A stretch of DNA of 64,000 nucleotides from Tubulanus polymorphus (Eukaryota; Animalia; Nemertea): NCBI RefSeq assembly GCF_964204645.1, contig NC_134036.1, positions 8,222,812 through 8,286,811 on the forward strand, given 5' to 3'. The first letter of the stretch is position 1. Each line of letters starts with the position of its first letter. Shown here piece by piece: positions 13,950 through 26,100 of this stretch. The notes beneath the pieces were generated by a model. It had not been told where the DNA came from and made no database searches. It saw only the letters and a list, made by a program, of their open reading frames with translations. Made by a program: the position numbers and the translations under genes.

Positions 13950-14784
13950 GCACCAAGCTTCAAAAGGTAAGAAAAAGCCTAGATGTGTCCCCTTTAAGTC
14001 ACAATACACTTCATTGCCTTGGAGGTTTTCGATGAATAAATCTGATTTAACATAAGAATGGATTTGTTTCAACCTGAATCGGGTTGTTGTATCTTCACTG
14101 GGGTAAACCTGCCAATTCTATTCTAATTGTATCGGAAATAGCACGAATTCACAGCGGTAGATTTTCTGATGGTTTCTCACGTCGAATGGATGCTGCAGCA
14201 TACAATGAGGGAAACATTCTCGACTTTTGCAAAGGAATTCCATGATTCTTAAATCACGTGCAGTAGTATTATAGTAGATGAGTAGGTTGTCCGTTGTCAA
14301 AATAAGTTTATTTTCGATGAACTTTGATTGAATTTTTAGACTCCCCAATCCATATATAATCACAATACCACCCAAACACGCAAACAGTACTTTCATTATT
14401 CTATTCCGATAATAATTGATTCGTTTAAGAGAAAAGCTCATTCAGATTGAAATGCAGAAGAAATGGGGCTTTCTACTAGCAAACCTGCTGGATCCTCCTT
14501 TGCCATGGTTGATATCCTCGATTGGAACAGTAACACTATACGGTTTCTGCATAATTCAATCCGCACAATATTTTTAATATATAATATAATGATGAAATAG
14601 AGCCATATGGGTTTCAACGTATGTTGCTCTGCAGAACAAGTGAATTATAATGGGGATGCGTCTATAATTTTGATGAAATGTTTATACGCCAAAACATGTT
14701 AATTTATTCCATATTTGGGTTTAGGCTTATCTCGTACAGTCAATTCATCACATAGTCTGTTGCTCCTCTGAACAAGCGAATAAA

Positions 14785-15263
14785 CGATATCATTTGTTAA
14801 CATTAGAAGTGCAATTACCAAACTACGTACCTCGTCCCATCGACTATGATAGAAAAAGGCAGACACCTGGGATTGAGTAGAGAAAACAGGCTTTGTGATA
14901 TATGTAACTGTGTGGAAGACGAGCAGCACTTCATCCTATCGTGTAGCAAATTCGACAGTCTCAGGACGAAATTTGATTTGGTAATTGGTGATACAAATGA
15001 TATAAATATAATTTTTAATGATATAGGTAGTCAATCGGTAAACTTGGGGAAGTATATCCAATCGGGATTTGAATATTATATTTGATTTTATGCTTGACTT
15101 ATATTGTACAGTTCGCTATGTCCTATGCACTCTTTCTTGTAAATATTTTTGTAATCCTAGTATTGTATATATGTATTATATTGTTTTCTTCTAATTCGCT
15201 TTTCATTGACGATCATGTCATTTGATTATGATGAATAAACAAACTTAAACTTAAACTTAAACT
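14785..15263 (+). mobile_element. 5'-truncated non-LTR retrotransposon (CR1/L2-group 3' end)
   Basis: Encodes AITKLRTSSHRLMIEKGRH...RLCDICNCVEDEQHFILSC, typical of the ORF2 C-terminus, then 3' UTR, AATAAA and an (AAACTT)4 tail. Confidence 0.8.
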
Positions 15264-15365
15264 TTGTGGAAGCCACGGGTAATATTCCTTGGCGAAGAAC
15301 TTAAACTGTTCGATCTATTCGCAATCGAATTTGTTCGGACAATTTGAAAAGTAAGTGGTGAATAC

Positions 15366-15970
15366 CACAGGGACTTGTCACGATTGATAATGGATGAGAC
15401 CAATGATGGGGGTACCAGTATCCCTGCAAGTGTTTAATAAAATAACAAGGGTGGCAACAAATTGTCAATCTGACAATGACTTCTCTACTTCAATCGACTG
15501 TAATTCCAAAAATTCTCAACCGATTCACATGAAATAAGGCTTCCAACGAGCCTTTTACCACAAATCTACGACAATGATCTCACAACGAAATCACCTTTTT
15601 TTGACGAGAGATAGCTCAAAATGGAGGTCTACCGATTCTATGGTGGACAGCAAAATGGCCGTATTTTCACTTCAAGCGATGATTTCTATGTGAGATCTTA
15701 GAGATAACCCAAACAAACCATACATTTTTTTAAACTACGCGGTCATACCTGTACGCTAATCTCGTTTATTTGCATTATCCACGCGATGGGTGAGCTCACA
15801 AGCTTTTGGAAAATCTTTGGAAATTTTTGGAATTACAGTCGATTGAAGTGGAGCGTCATTGTCAGATTGACAATTTGTTGCCACCCTTGTTTTTTATTAT
15901 ACAGGGATAGTGGATCTGGTCATTGATATTGCTTTTATTCATTTACTATCAATTATGACAAGTCCCTGTG
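15366..15970. mobile_element. MITE with CACAGGGACTTGTCA TIRs, long subterminal inverted repeats and 8-bp TSD (P/hAT-like)
   Basis: CACAGGGACTTGTCA...TGACAAGTCCCTGTG flanked by GTGAATAC/GTGTATAC. Inner ~75-bp inverted arms at ~15437-15514 and ~15822-15899. A related end fragment lies at ~63346-63393. Confidence 0.8.
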
Positions 15971-16881
15971 GTGTATACCCGTGGAGGCCAAACGAACTTT
16001 GAAAGCCGGTACCGGGAATTACCGGCCGGGGCGAACAAAATATGCAGCATTGCGTGACATGAACTCGTGATCACTCGGGTACGAATTCTAGGCTCTATTA
16101 ACAGGGCCACCATGACTTCATGAGTAGCGCTGTGATGTCAATTTTTTTGGATACAGTATTAGTTTACAATTCGAATTCCTGCCCATTGATTCGATTATAT
16201 GTTGTTTGCCTCAGTTTGCCCACTATAATTTTTTTCAAATCCGTTTATAAGCGTTGCACTGATCTATACAATGATTGACTTGCACTAAATTTCAAGGCCC
16301 AATTCTTCTCCACGTCGACACTATTTGCTACATAGTTTCCTATTGATATGTATATGCTCTCATAATTTGGATGACATTTTTGCCGAAACATATTAATATT
16401 TATTCCATATCTGCGGTTATAGGTTTTTAAGTTAATCTGGTACAGTCATGGTGGCCCCATTGCTCGTCTGAACTGGTGATTTAATGAACTTGTGAATTAA
16501 TGAGTAATGCTCTTAAAGTTTGGATAAATTTGATGCAGACAGAAACGTGTTGATTAATTTGATAATTGAGGTTTAGTTTTATCTCAGCCAATAACTCATC
16601 ACTCTAACAGCTTGTAAAATGAATAGATTTCCATCTGTGAGGAAATTAGTGAACTATAGCCTACCATTGGCAGTCCAGTGAGGAAGTTCATGACGATGTC
16701 TCAATGATTTTCCTCATTCAACGCGACCATGACGCCTAATTCCTAGAAAATGACCTAATTTCGTTACTGTACTATTTACTGAGACTCACAATCCAACCCA
16801 ACGCGCACAAAGACTGATAAAATTTCTCAAATTATCCCCGAAAGCAAAGCTGCCCATATACCTGCGCACCCGGTCTACTGT

Positions 16882-16975
16882 GGCAGGGGTTGGTGCAGTG
16901 GCTGGGTGCAGCGATGCCATCAGGTTCGAATCCCTGCCGTGGGAGGATGATTCAACCCTGGGTGAGCATTTTGCT
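16882..16975 (+). mobile_element. tRNA-derived SINE head
   Basis: Box A-like TGGTGCAGTGG and box B GGTTCGAATCC; the core GCGATGCCATCAGGTTCGAATCCCTGC recurs at ~29245-29322. Confidence 0.55.
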
Positions 16976-17817
16976 GAGTGTAAAATATGACTGTCTGGAA
17001 TTGGATTGAAGCTGTATTGGATTGCCATGATTAAGTTGTAAGCTGTATCTAAAACACCTGTAAGGCTCGCGTGATAAATTGACTGCGCGAGATCAACTTT
17101 AACCTAGATATCGAATAAATCATTTTCGACACATTAACATACCTATCATTCAAATAATGAGAACCATCAACAATAATTCACGATATAGCAGAGCTAAATT
17201 TTGCCATATCCAGTATCAACACCACAATCTAAAGGCAAAATATGTAATCTATTTCTTTTTTTAGAAACAGGTTTGCATAGGCCAGGCGCTTTTTCAAACC
17301 AAAAGACACGAAAAGCAAATACGTCTACGGCAGATATTACTATCTAAAAAAAGACATTTTAGGCCGTTTGTAAAAATTCAGAAATCCACATGAACCCCCC
17401 CCCCGAACAGGGCCAAGGTTTGACACGTGACACATCCTAACAGAAGTCATTAGTCTATATTTGTCTATATTATACAATATAAATAATCTATATTGTATAA
17501 TATTAATAATACATCAAAGATTTAATTCAGTCGATATTGAAAAAGCCGGTTACTGAAGCAGGATCGAAATTTAATAGATATTTATTTCTAAAAGCCGCTA
17601 ACATGTGTTTCCAAAACGACCATAGAAGGATAACGATTTTGTGTAATATCGTGTAAAAACACGACAAACGAAGGACTCTGTTCGAGTGTATCCTCACTGG
17701 TAACGAGGTAAGTGAAGCTATAGACGACAAGCTCAAATATTTCATTGCATAATTACGTGTAGATGTAACTTCGAAGAGATGCAATTCAGTCAAACTGATT
17801 GAATCATCTATTTCAGA

Positions 17818-18342
17818 ATGTTTACTAAAACTATTTTCATCGCGTTGGCCTTGTTTATGGTCATTGGAGCTGTCGCGGCAACTGAAGGTAGGCTTTAATT
17901 ACTCGATTTAATTGCTACTAAATATGCTTTTTTAATTCCACAAAAACTTAGGTTCATGCTATGAAGCCTGATTTGGCACAGGGCAATAGTTGAGATCGTA
18001 CTCATTCAGTTCACGTGTTGTTCGCAAACGATATTTCGACCGTCTTACAGCAGTCGACCGTTACTTTTTACTTCCGGATTGCCATCTTGCACTTATGTCG
18101 GACGCGATGACGCGCTGTTATGTTCACGAATGAAGTATATAAGGCCGAAACTCGCGGGATTCGAACCTGCTTGGTTTCGGGTCCGGCTGTTTCTAATAAA
18201 TCCGAGCTTATTTACAGGTGTGCGAAGGGTGAAGAGAGGAACCCCATGTTGGTGCGGTAAAACAAAGGGTGTATATTGGTGGCTCGGTAACCCTTCTCCG
18301 TCAAATTGTTGTAGGTATTGGGATGAGGCATGTTGCCATTAA
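17818..18342 (+). CDS. Secreted cysteine-rich peptide precursor (defensin / sea-anemone APETx-like), coding exons 17818-17887 and 18218-18342
   Basis: Spliced in phase 1 (GT at 17888, AG at 18216-18217): MFTKTIFIALALFMVIGAVAATEGVRRVKR|GTPCWCGKTKGVYWWLGNPSPSNCCRYWDEACCH*. Signal peptide, furin site RVKR, 6 Cys, AATAAA ~30 nt after the stop. Confidence 0.8.
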
Positions 18343-18381
18343 AATCGGAGCTGGGGAGATGTGCAGATATTGAATAAACAC

Positions 18382-18382
<1 letters not shown>

Positions 18383-18468
<86 letters not shown>
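18383..18468. repeat. (TA)n microsatellite
   Basis: Uninterrupted TA run. Confidence 0.98.
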
Positions 18469-18470
<2 letters not shown>

Positions 18471-18902
18471 TAAGGTTTACCAGTAAGGTTTCCAATCATG
18501 CAAGTTGTCCATCCACCACTGAGATCTATATCTCTGTGAAAAGTTGCTCCAACAATGTTTATAATGACCAGAAACACGCATAATGCCTTGTGACAGTACA
18601 CAATATTACAGCTTTTTTAGAGGTTTGTAAACTGCTACTGCACGATCTATCGTCATCATGACCAGAATCCAGATGGATACTTGCTTAGGACAATTAGCGT
18701 GGAAAGCTTTCACTATACACATGGATCTGCTGAACTTCACGTGAGCTACATCCATCAAATAAAGCACCTCGACACTGAATATCGCGTATAAATCCGCTAT
18801 TTCTAAAGCTAACATATAGAAATGACCAGAACTATATGACGATTTCTTATATGTCCCCAAAACGATGATTATCAAACCAATCAGACTTAATAGAGGAAAC
18901 AC
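18469..18902 (-). pseudogene. Class A (rhodopsin-like) peptide GPCR fragment, TM1-TM4
   Basis: YMLALEIADL (TM2), conserved Cys, SIWILVMMTIDRAVAVYKPLK (TM3 DRY-like). Stop plus frameshift at ~18605; truncated at the TA repeat. Confidence 0.75.
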
Positions 18903-20254
18903 GTATGCAGAAACTCAGGTTGAAAGTGAACGGCATCGTCCACCCATAAATCTTTGTCCAACACATTTCACTCTCAGAGATATAAGTATAAACCATATTT
19001 TCCTAGAATAAAAATGAAAAATATGTCTCAATTAAGTCCATATGTATTTCGCTTTCGTTTCCGCGCCGAATACCCTATTTATATGATATGATTGTGGTAT
19101 ATGTAATGTAACCTAAAAATCATAGGAAAACATGTGTGTTGCGATTGGGGAAATATAGTAAAATCACGTGTCCTAGCCGAAGATGCAAACGAAGTGTCGT
19201 ACGCATACGACTAACGTGTTTATCCGGTAAACGATAAGATTGATGTAGTTGACTTTGGTCAATTTTGCCATTTTTTGACCCCCGCCCCTTGTACGATCGT
19301 TGCTTCTTATTTTATCGACTCTCTCCCAATCAGTACGTACATTTAAAACTACCACCCCTCCCCAACTAAACCAATGAGGTGGCAATGATGTAAAATCAAG
19401 TTCAATGTTCATAATGTGTATATACATTGATTCCTAGTATGTGTTATGTGACGGGTTCTGTGTGAGTCGATGTGCACTACGTCATCAATATTGGCGTTTT
19501 AGAAAAACTATGACAATTGTAACTTTTGGCATTTATTTTGTGACTAAATATATTTCACAACAACTCTTAGTTCGTTTTTAATTGATTTTGATGATAATTA
19601 TTTTTTCTGATGATGTTTGCTACGTCACAATATATAGGGGTTAGACTTGTTGCCGGTCACTTCCATTCAATTTCGCTCAAAGGTTGGTTAGCGTTAACCA
19701 ATGAATAATTGATTAGATAATTCAATTTATTCGGGATTTTTAGACTAACATCGCAGGAAGCATATGATTATGATCAAACGAATAGCAGCTGCTGGCACCG
19801 GGCAATATCTCCGTCCATCTATTTACATGGTTTATGAATGTATGAAAAATGTCCCGTCCACTTCATGTACCTATTCATTTCTCTTCGTCCATTTATTTAC
19901 ATTATTCAAGACTTAATACCAATAATGAGCAATCCATATCGTTATGCATTGGCGTGCGTATCAGTGCGACAACCAGGTCAAAATCCAGGGAGAAACCACT
20001 AAATAACTGGAAGGTTATATATAACAAAACAGTTAGTCTAGGAGTCAGATGAGTAGTAGTGTGATCTGTGTGCACTTTTGGCCTGCACACAGATCACAAC
20101 GATCATTTGTCAGTCAATTAAAAATATTTAGTGATATTTTGCCAATGCGGCATTATTCCTGTTTACTATATTTTGCCAATGGCCCGTTCTGATAGGCGAA
20201 TTTACACCGCGCATACGTGCTGAGGAGGCGCAAGGTAAAATTGTGCAAATACGA

Positions 20255-20315
20255 TGGTATTTGAACCCGGGCCAGAAATTTACTAGCGTTGCGTCTAACC
20301 AGTAGACCACAGACA
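20255..20315 (-). mobile_element. Degenerate tRNA-derived SINE head
   Basis: Minus strand GTGGTCTACTGGTTAG (box A-like) ... GGTTCAAATACC (box B-like). Confidence 0.4.
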
Positions 20316-20535
20316 CTCATAGCAAAGAATAGCTCTTATGACAGTCATGAACTGCAGCATTCCCGATGGACGCACATCCACTGTGTTGTCATGTGCCGTG
20401 TGAGTGCTTCGTTGAATAATGCGTAGTTTGCAATAGATGTATACAGATAGCCTTAAATAACTTGCGTAGACATTAAAGTTTAATGATTTTATCGTTCTGC
20501 TTTTCGGTCAAGTAAATATTGAATTGAACCAGGAC

Positions 20536-20998
20536 AACCTACCACCCCTCATTATGCTTACTAAACCAAACGTTTGCACCGACAACAAATTAGTAAAATA
20601 GCCGTCTTAAAAATTCAGAAATGGCCAGAATTTCAACTTACGTTCTATCTCATTTTTATTTTACAATTGCGATTGGTTTAACTTTTTTTTAAACGGCCGT
20701 TAAGGCTTCATGTTTCGTCTGCAATTCACTGCAAATAGTTACGCAACTACGCACATTTTAGTGTTTTTGGCAGCTGTACACTCAATCGGCACCGTTCGTG
20801 ACTAGCTTCACTGCGGAATTATCATCGCCATATCACATCATCAACTTATATTGTGCCTTAAAACCCTAACAGCCGAAATAATTGAAATGCACACACGATT
20901 TCTATCATTGAAAATTAAGAGAGTGGCCATGTTTGTGTTCTACTGCTTCGCGTAAATCCCGCGCGGTGGCGCAACCGCGCGGAGTGGGGCCGAAACGT
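20536..20998 (+). repeat. Uninterrupted copy of the repeat that the Polinton interrupts (empty insertion site at 20949-20954)
   Basis: Aligns to 29839-30258 joined to 47447-47490, with a single CGCGTA. GC hairpin CCGCGCGGT-GGCGCA-ACCGCGCGG near the 3' end (Helitron-like). Confidence 0.9.
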
Positions 20999-21279
20999 CA
21001 AGTTAATCTTTAGTGAACTTTCATCCGGATGTTTAGCCTCCGTCATCAGAATACACCATGATTGACTACAATACTAAATTTCAAGGCCCAGTAAGTACGA
21101 AGTTTTCTATTGATATTTACCGCATATGCTCTCATAGTAGAGGTGGCCCCATTGCTTTTCTGAACTGTTGAATCAATGATTAATTTGTTTAGAGGTTTAT
21201 CTCAGCTAGTGAATGATTCATCACACTAACACTGAAAATAAATTCTCGCACGCTCGAATTTATTTTTATTTTTTACTCA

Positions 21280-21792
21280 CTCGCCCCTTCAACCTTTGTT
21301 ATGAACCCCCATATTCCCAATTACTTTAATATTCATATATATGAATAAAATATAAATGAATAACATATATAAATGAATGACTTCTAAAATCAATTTTAAT
21401 AAAAAAAATTTGATATTGAAATGGAGAGTAAACAAATATACAGTGAATTCTTAAATGGAATTAAAGATACTACAAATGTAAAATCTGTAGATTATAAATT
21501 TAAGAAGTTAACACAATTAACAATTCATAAGAAATATTTAATTACAAATATTGATATAGTTACTAACAAATACGGAGACAAATAAGTTATCCACTTAGGA
21601 TATGAGGGATTAAAAGGAAATAAATATAAATTCAGAACATATTTACCGGATAGATTTCATAGATTGTCAAGTGAAGATTTAGAAGAATTATGTTCAGGTG
21701 ATTTCTATTTAATATATAAGGGTAAAAATGAAAAAGGGCACCATGAAATAGATTTCGAATTATATGAAATCAATCTCTTTTTACTGCAGTAA
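21280..21792 (+). pseudogene. Relic of a related Polinton-like element: TIR-like 46-mer plus decayed homolog of ORF 30344-30670
   Basis: 21280-21325 matches the Polinton terminal 46 bp at 35/46 ungapped. Frame from 21421: ...NKYGDK*...FRTYLPDRFHRLSSEDLEEL...IYKGKNEKGHHEIDF vs TKYGEK...FKVFLPDKWVSLSMEELKDL...IYHGKNEDGHHDLEI. Confidence 0.8.
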
Positions 21793-23024
21793 TAAAATCT
21801 AGGTTCCTTTCGTATGTTGACTATATCGGTTGTCGTTTTCATTGTTTTATGATTTTGTTTAATCGTTTTCGTTATTTCAGCAGCGCATACCGACCTTAGT
21901 TGAGAGTGCGTGATCAGTCTTGAAATTGGTATTCATGCGCGGCAAAGTGATGCCGACAATTCAATTCATTATTTATTGACACAATTAAAATTTCACAATC
22001 AAACATTTACTTTCACGTTTTTGAAAAATTATATTAATTTTCTTTTACTTTCATTGGGTGCTTGCGTTAGTGGCTATTTGAAAAATCTCTGTATGAACAT
22101 TTATATTTTTCAGTTTTAATATCTAATAAAACTTAAAACCGCCTTTCTGTAAAATAAATTCTGAATTGAATTGAAGACTGGTTCCCTGTCTCTTCAAAGA
22201 GCCAGGGGCAGGAGTCTATGGTGACAATAAACATTATCGGGAGATCGTACTGGATTGTCATTTGAAGGAAATGCAACTTGTTTAATGTCTTTATTATTTT
22301 AAAAAGAAAAATCATGGCTCCTATCTATTTTCGTGTTCGCTTCTCTTCACCTGAAGTCTTTCAAGTTAGTCACGTTTTTTTCTTTCAGCTATAAATTTTT
22401 CTATGCAAAATCATTTCAACACAATCCCATTAGTAATCTAGGAATCAGTTATCAACATGATGATAGATTCCGTTGAGACACTACAATATTCAAATAAAAA
22501 CTACCCAAAAGAGCTACAATAAAACCATTCCGATTCCCAGTCAACATGTGTAACATTTCATGTAACGATGTAAGACAACACCGATCTCTTAGCTTTATTA
22601 ATTAATCAGTTCAAAGTTCGATTAATTCTGCTACAGAAATACAAAACCACCAAGCAAGCTTTCAGTGCAACCATGTCAGCAAGCCCATTTTTAGAATTGC
22701 TTTCTTGTTACCCATTTCTTTGTTTGTATCTGTATCCTTCAAGTTTTACCTCTAACGGCATTCTTTTCCGAACAGCAACAAATTCAAACTAATACACATT
22801 ATACCAACCACTATACAGGAAAGATGGGATGTACAATATGACTAATGTATATAATGAGGATGTTAATATTAATTAATATATTATACAGGTGTATTACCGT
22901 TCATTACAATGTTTCTGCTGTTGACAGTCGGATCATTCATTTTCAAGAACACTTTACGCAGATTTGGCACTGATTGTTCCGTCTATTATCTATCCACTAG
23001 ACTATTATCCATCATCAAACTGTT

Positions 23025-23145
23025 CCCTCAGTCATCTCCCCTACAGACTGATTGTAATGTACCCTCAGTCATCTCCCCCTAAAGACGGATTATTCTGTAC
23101 TCTCAGTCATCGCCCCTTATAGACTGATGTTCCCTTAATCATATC
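23025..23145. repeat. Short minisatellite (~38-bp unit)
   Basis: CCCTCAGTCATCTCCCCCTACAGACTGA repeated 3-4 times with divergence. Confidence 0.7.
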
Positions 23146-26100
23146 CCATTGCAGACCGACGTTTTTTATGTCGAGGCACGTTATTGGTAGTTTGTTGAAT
23201 GATGCGTTTCTTGAGGCGGTAATTTTCCATTGTAGCTGACGGAAAAGTCTCGCGCTCTCCATGCATGCACTGGTAGAACGACGGTAATGTCCAAGCTTAC
23301 CTTGCATCACTACGAAGGATTTCGACTATGTTTTAGTTACGCAGTTGTGTAATATATGGCGACTATGTTGCCTCCTCCTTGAGGTCATGCTGCGGTCGGT
23401 GTTTGTGTTGGGCGGATCTGTGTCTCTACTTGCCCATGGCAATGGTGCCTCCTTCGCGGTACAGAGAAGATTTGGTGGTTCCTATTTTGGTCCTTCCGAT
23501 CATTCTTGCCGCATCGGTGACGACGCAAACAATCTTTCCATGATTTTTTCGGAAGGAATCGACAATTGTTCGCGTCTTCCAGTCCTTTCGGGCAGCACTT
23601 CTTAATTATTTTCATTTTTTTCTGAGTTTTTGGATACGAGACACGAGGTACGATTAGTAGGGGGGGGGGGCACAAGAGGCGCGAACGAGAACGGATAATG
23701 GCATTTTCATTATAAACGGTGATTAGGTCGCCCTGTAGCTGGTGCCTGTTGCGGTTGTTGCTGTGGTGGAATCGAAGCGTCAGATAACATTGCGAAGACG
23801 ATCTTCCATGTTTGTATCCGTGGCGTACTCTAAGAAGGCGCTAAGAATAATACGATAAACCACTGCATATATGTACTATACCCAGCTTTTTAGAGAAAGA
23901 AGATTTTCGAACGAACGAACTGTAAAAATTTAGAGGTACTGTAATAAAATTTTTTAGAGGTACTGTAATGAAATTTCTATCATAATACAGGATGAATTAT
24001 TTGACTCACACCTGCTCATAGAATCCGCCGTTAAGTGATAACTTCCCTTTGCCACTTTAGCCCTGAAATTTTTACATGAATTCCTAACATTACGCCCAGT
24101 TGGGTCCGATGAAAAATCGTACAGAAAACCCTCGCTTGCTCGTCTGTTCGCGCAATCATCGGCAACATTTCAGCCCGTAGAATCACTACGAATGATTTCG
24201 AGCGACGTTGCAGTTCCACGCAGAAGTGTTAAACAAAACATCTGCGTAACGAATGGTCGCCCACGCAGCAGTGACTCGCGTCCTGTAGATCGAGGGCAAT
24301 GTTATTTTCTGCACGAACAATCGTGTATTTCCCTAATTGGAGTGCACGACAGTTAGCCCAATCCCGCTGTATGGTCATACCTTCATAAGCATTATAATCA
24401 GCATCCTTGTTTGTCCGTTATGTACCTATGCTAAGTTATAAAATGACCGGTTGTCACTATTGCCCCTGCTTATATAACCCTAGCGACTTCTTCGCACGAG
24501 AGCAATCCTGCATATTTCGCAAAAAATAGTTATGTCCCTTGTCTTGTCCTTTTTAATGTTTCTTTCGTTGGAAACGACTATTAGCCTGATAATAATTATG
24601 TTCAAACTGATACAAACTTACGATGTGCGAGAGGGTACTTGTACACTGTATCTTACTTATGTGCCTCTTGAGGTCATTTCCTCTCTTGTACCTCCTCCTG
24701 CAAACCCTTCACACGTATGCAAACTTTTGGTAGATTGGTGATTGGGCTAAGTGAACTCTACCCACACTTTCCTTCATTCCTGGGATGTCGATCGCTTCTT
24801 CCGTTGATGTATATGTTTTGCCAAGAAAGAACATTATGTAAGAAGCCATTCCGTACTGTTTTCTTTTATGAACTTAATCAAACATCTACTACTGGGCTAC
24901 TAGCGTGCGCCCCTAGCCTAGTCAGGGCAGGTGAATATCCAAACTCGTGACGAGCTTCGAGCAAATTGGGCAGCTCTGTAGTCCCGAAACCGCGTTTTTC
25001 ATCTTCGTACATTCGTTCGCATTTGCATCGTCTGGCGTATGTTTCGCGCGGAGATACCGGGCATATTATGTTTTCGCTCTGCGCAGACCAGACACAGTTT
25101 TTTTGTACGCGTCCGTTTTCGATTGCCTGATGTCGATGCGATGCAGGTAATAATTAATCCACCCGCATCACCCTTATGATACTTGTCGCCTATTTGTTAG
25201 CCAAACCGATCTTGGAAAACCAAGGCTCTTTGTATATTAATCGAATATCTCTCTCTCATATTATCAAGAACCAAAATTCTAAAGAATGGTTAGTTAGCTC
25301 ATATAAATGGCTCTTCTAGTAATCCTCTTTTAAGAACGTACAGATTATTTAAAACAAATTGTGCCATGAAAAATTATTCAATATCTGATAATATAGTTAT
25401 TTATGCAGGCGGGAATTTACTAAAAGAAGAGTCAGTTCTCACGAGCTATCTATAGACAAGGTATAAATTTTTCGCCTGAGGCCTGAGGAAGCGGTTGCAA
25501 ATACAAAATACACATTCATTTATCAGTCAAAGAATATAGTATTAGAATACACAACTTCGAGCTATACAATAAGTTCATTCCGTGAAGTTAAAAAAGAATA
25601 GTTTTCCTTCAACTCTCTACACAATTACTTAATTAATAGTTTTAGACAGAATATCTAAAATATTTAATTATTTAATGAATTCATACCAGGATGATAGATT
25701 TAATAACGTGACGTTGACGGCGTCGTCACAAACGGTACCATCACTCCCCATTACTATACTGGCTGTCACTGGTCTCTCTCTGGCAAGCAATCATTCTTTA
25801 TCGGTGCAGTGGGTAGGTATTTTCAACTGACTTTGTTCTTCTTTGACATGAACATAAATAAACCGCGGTTGAATCCACGAAGTATTGATATCCACGAACG
25901 AGACTATTACTATTATAGAATGTTTAAAAGGAACTGCTTTTAATAACAGTATGAATAAGCTTACTTCACAAACAAGGAAGTACATTTCTAACTTGTGAAC
26001 GGAAGAACCCCAGTTATTCACAGTAACCTGTGATTTGGATATTTTCGGAGCCTTCCTTCTTTATTTCATTATGAAATGACGTCACAAACTTTCAAATTCG

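Noticed and set aside
18212-18495. ORFs with YIYIYI runs (also 2848-3216)
   Set aside because: Translation of (TA)n microsatellites.
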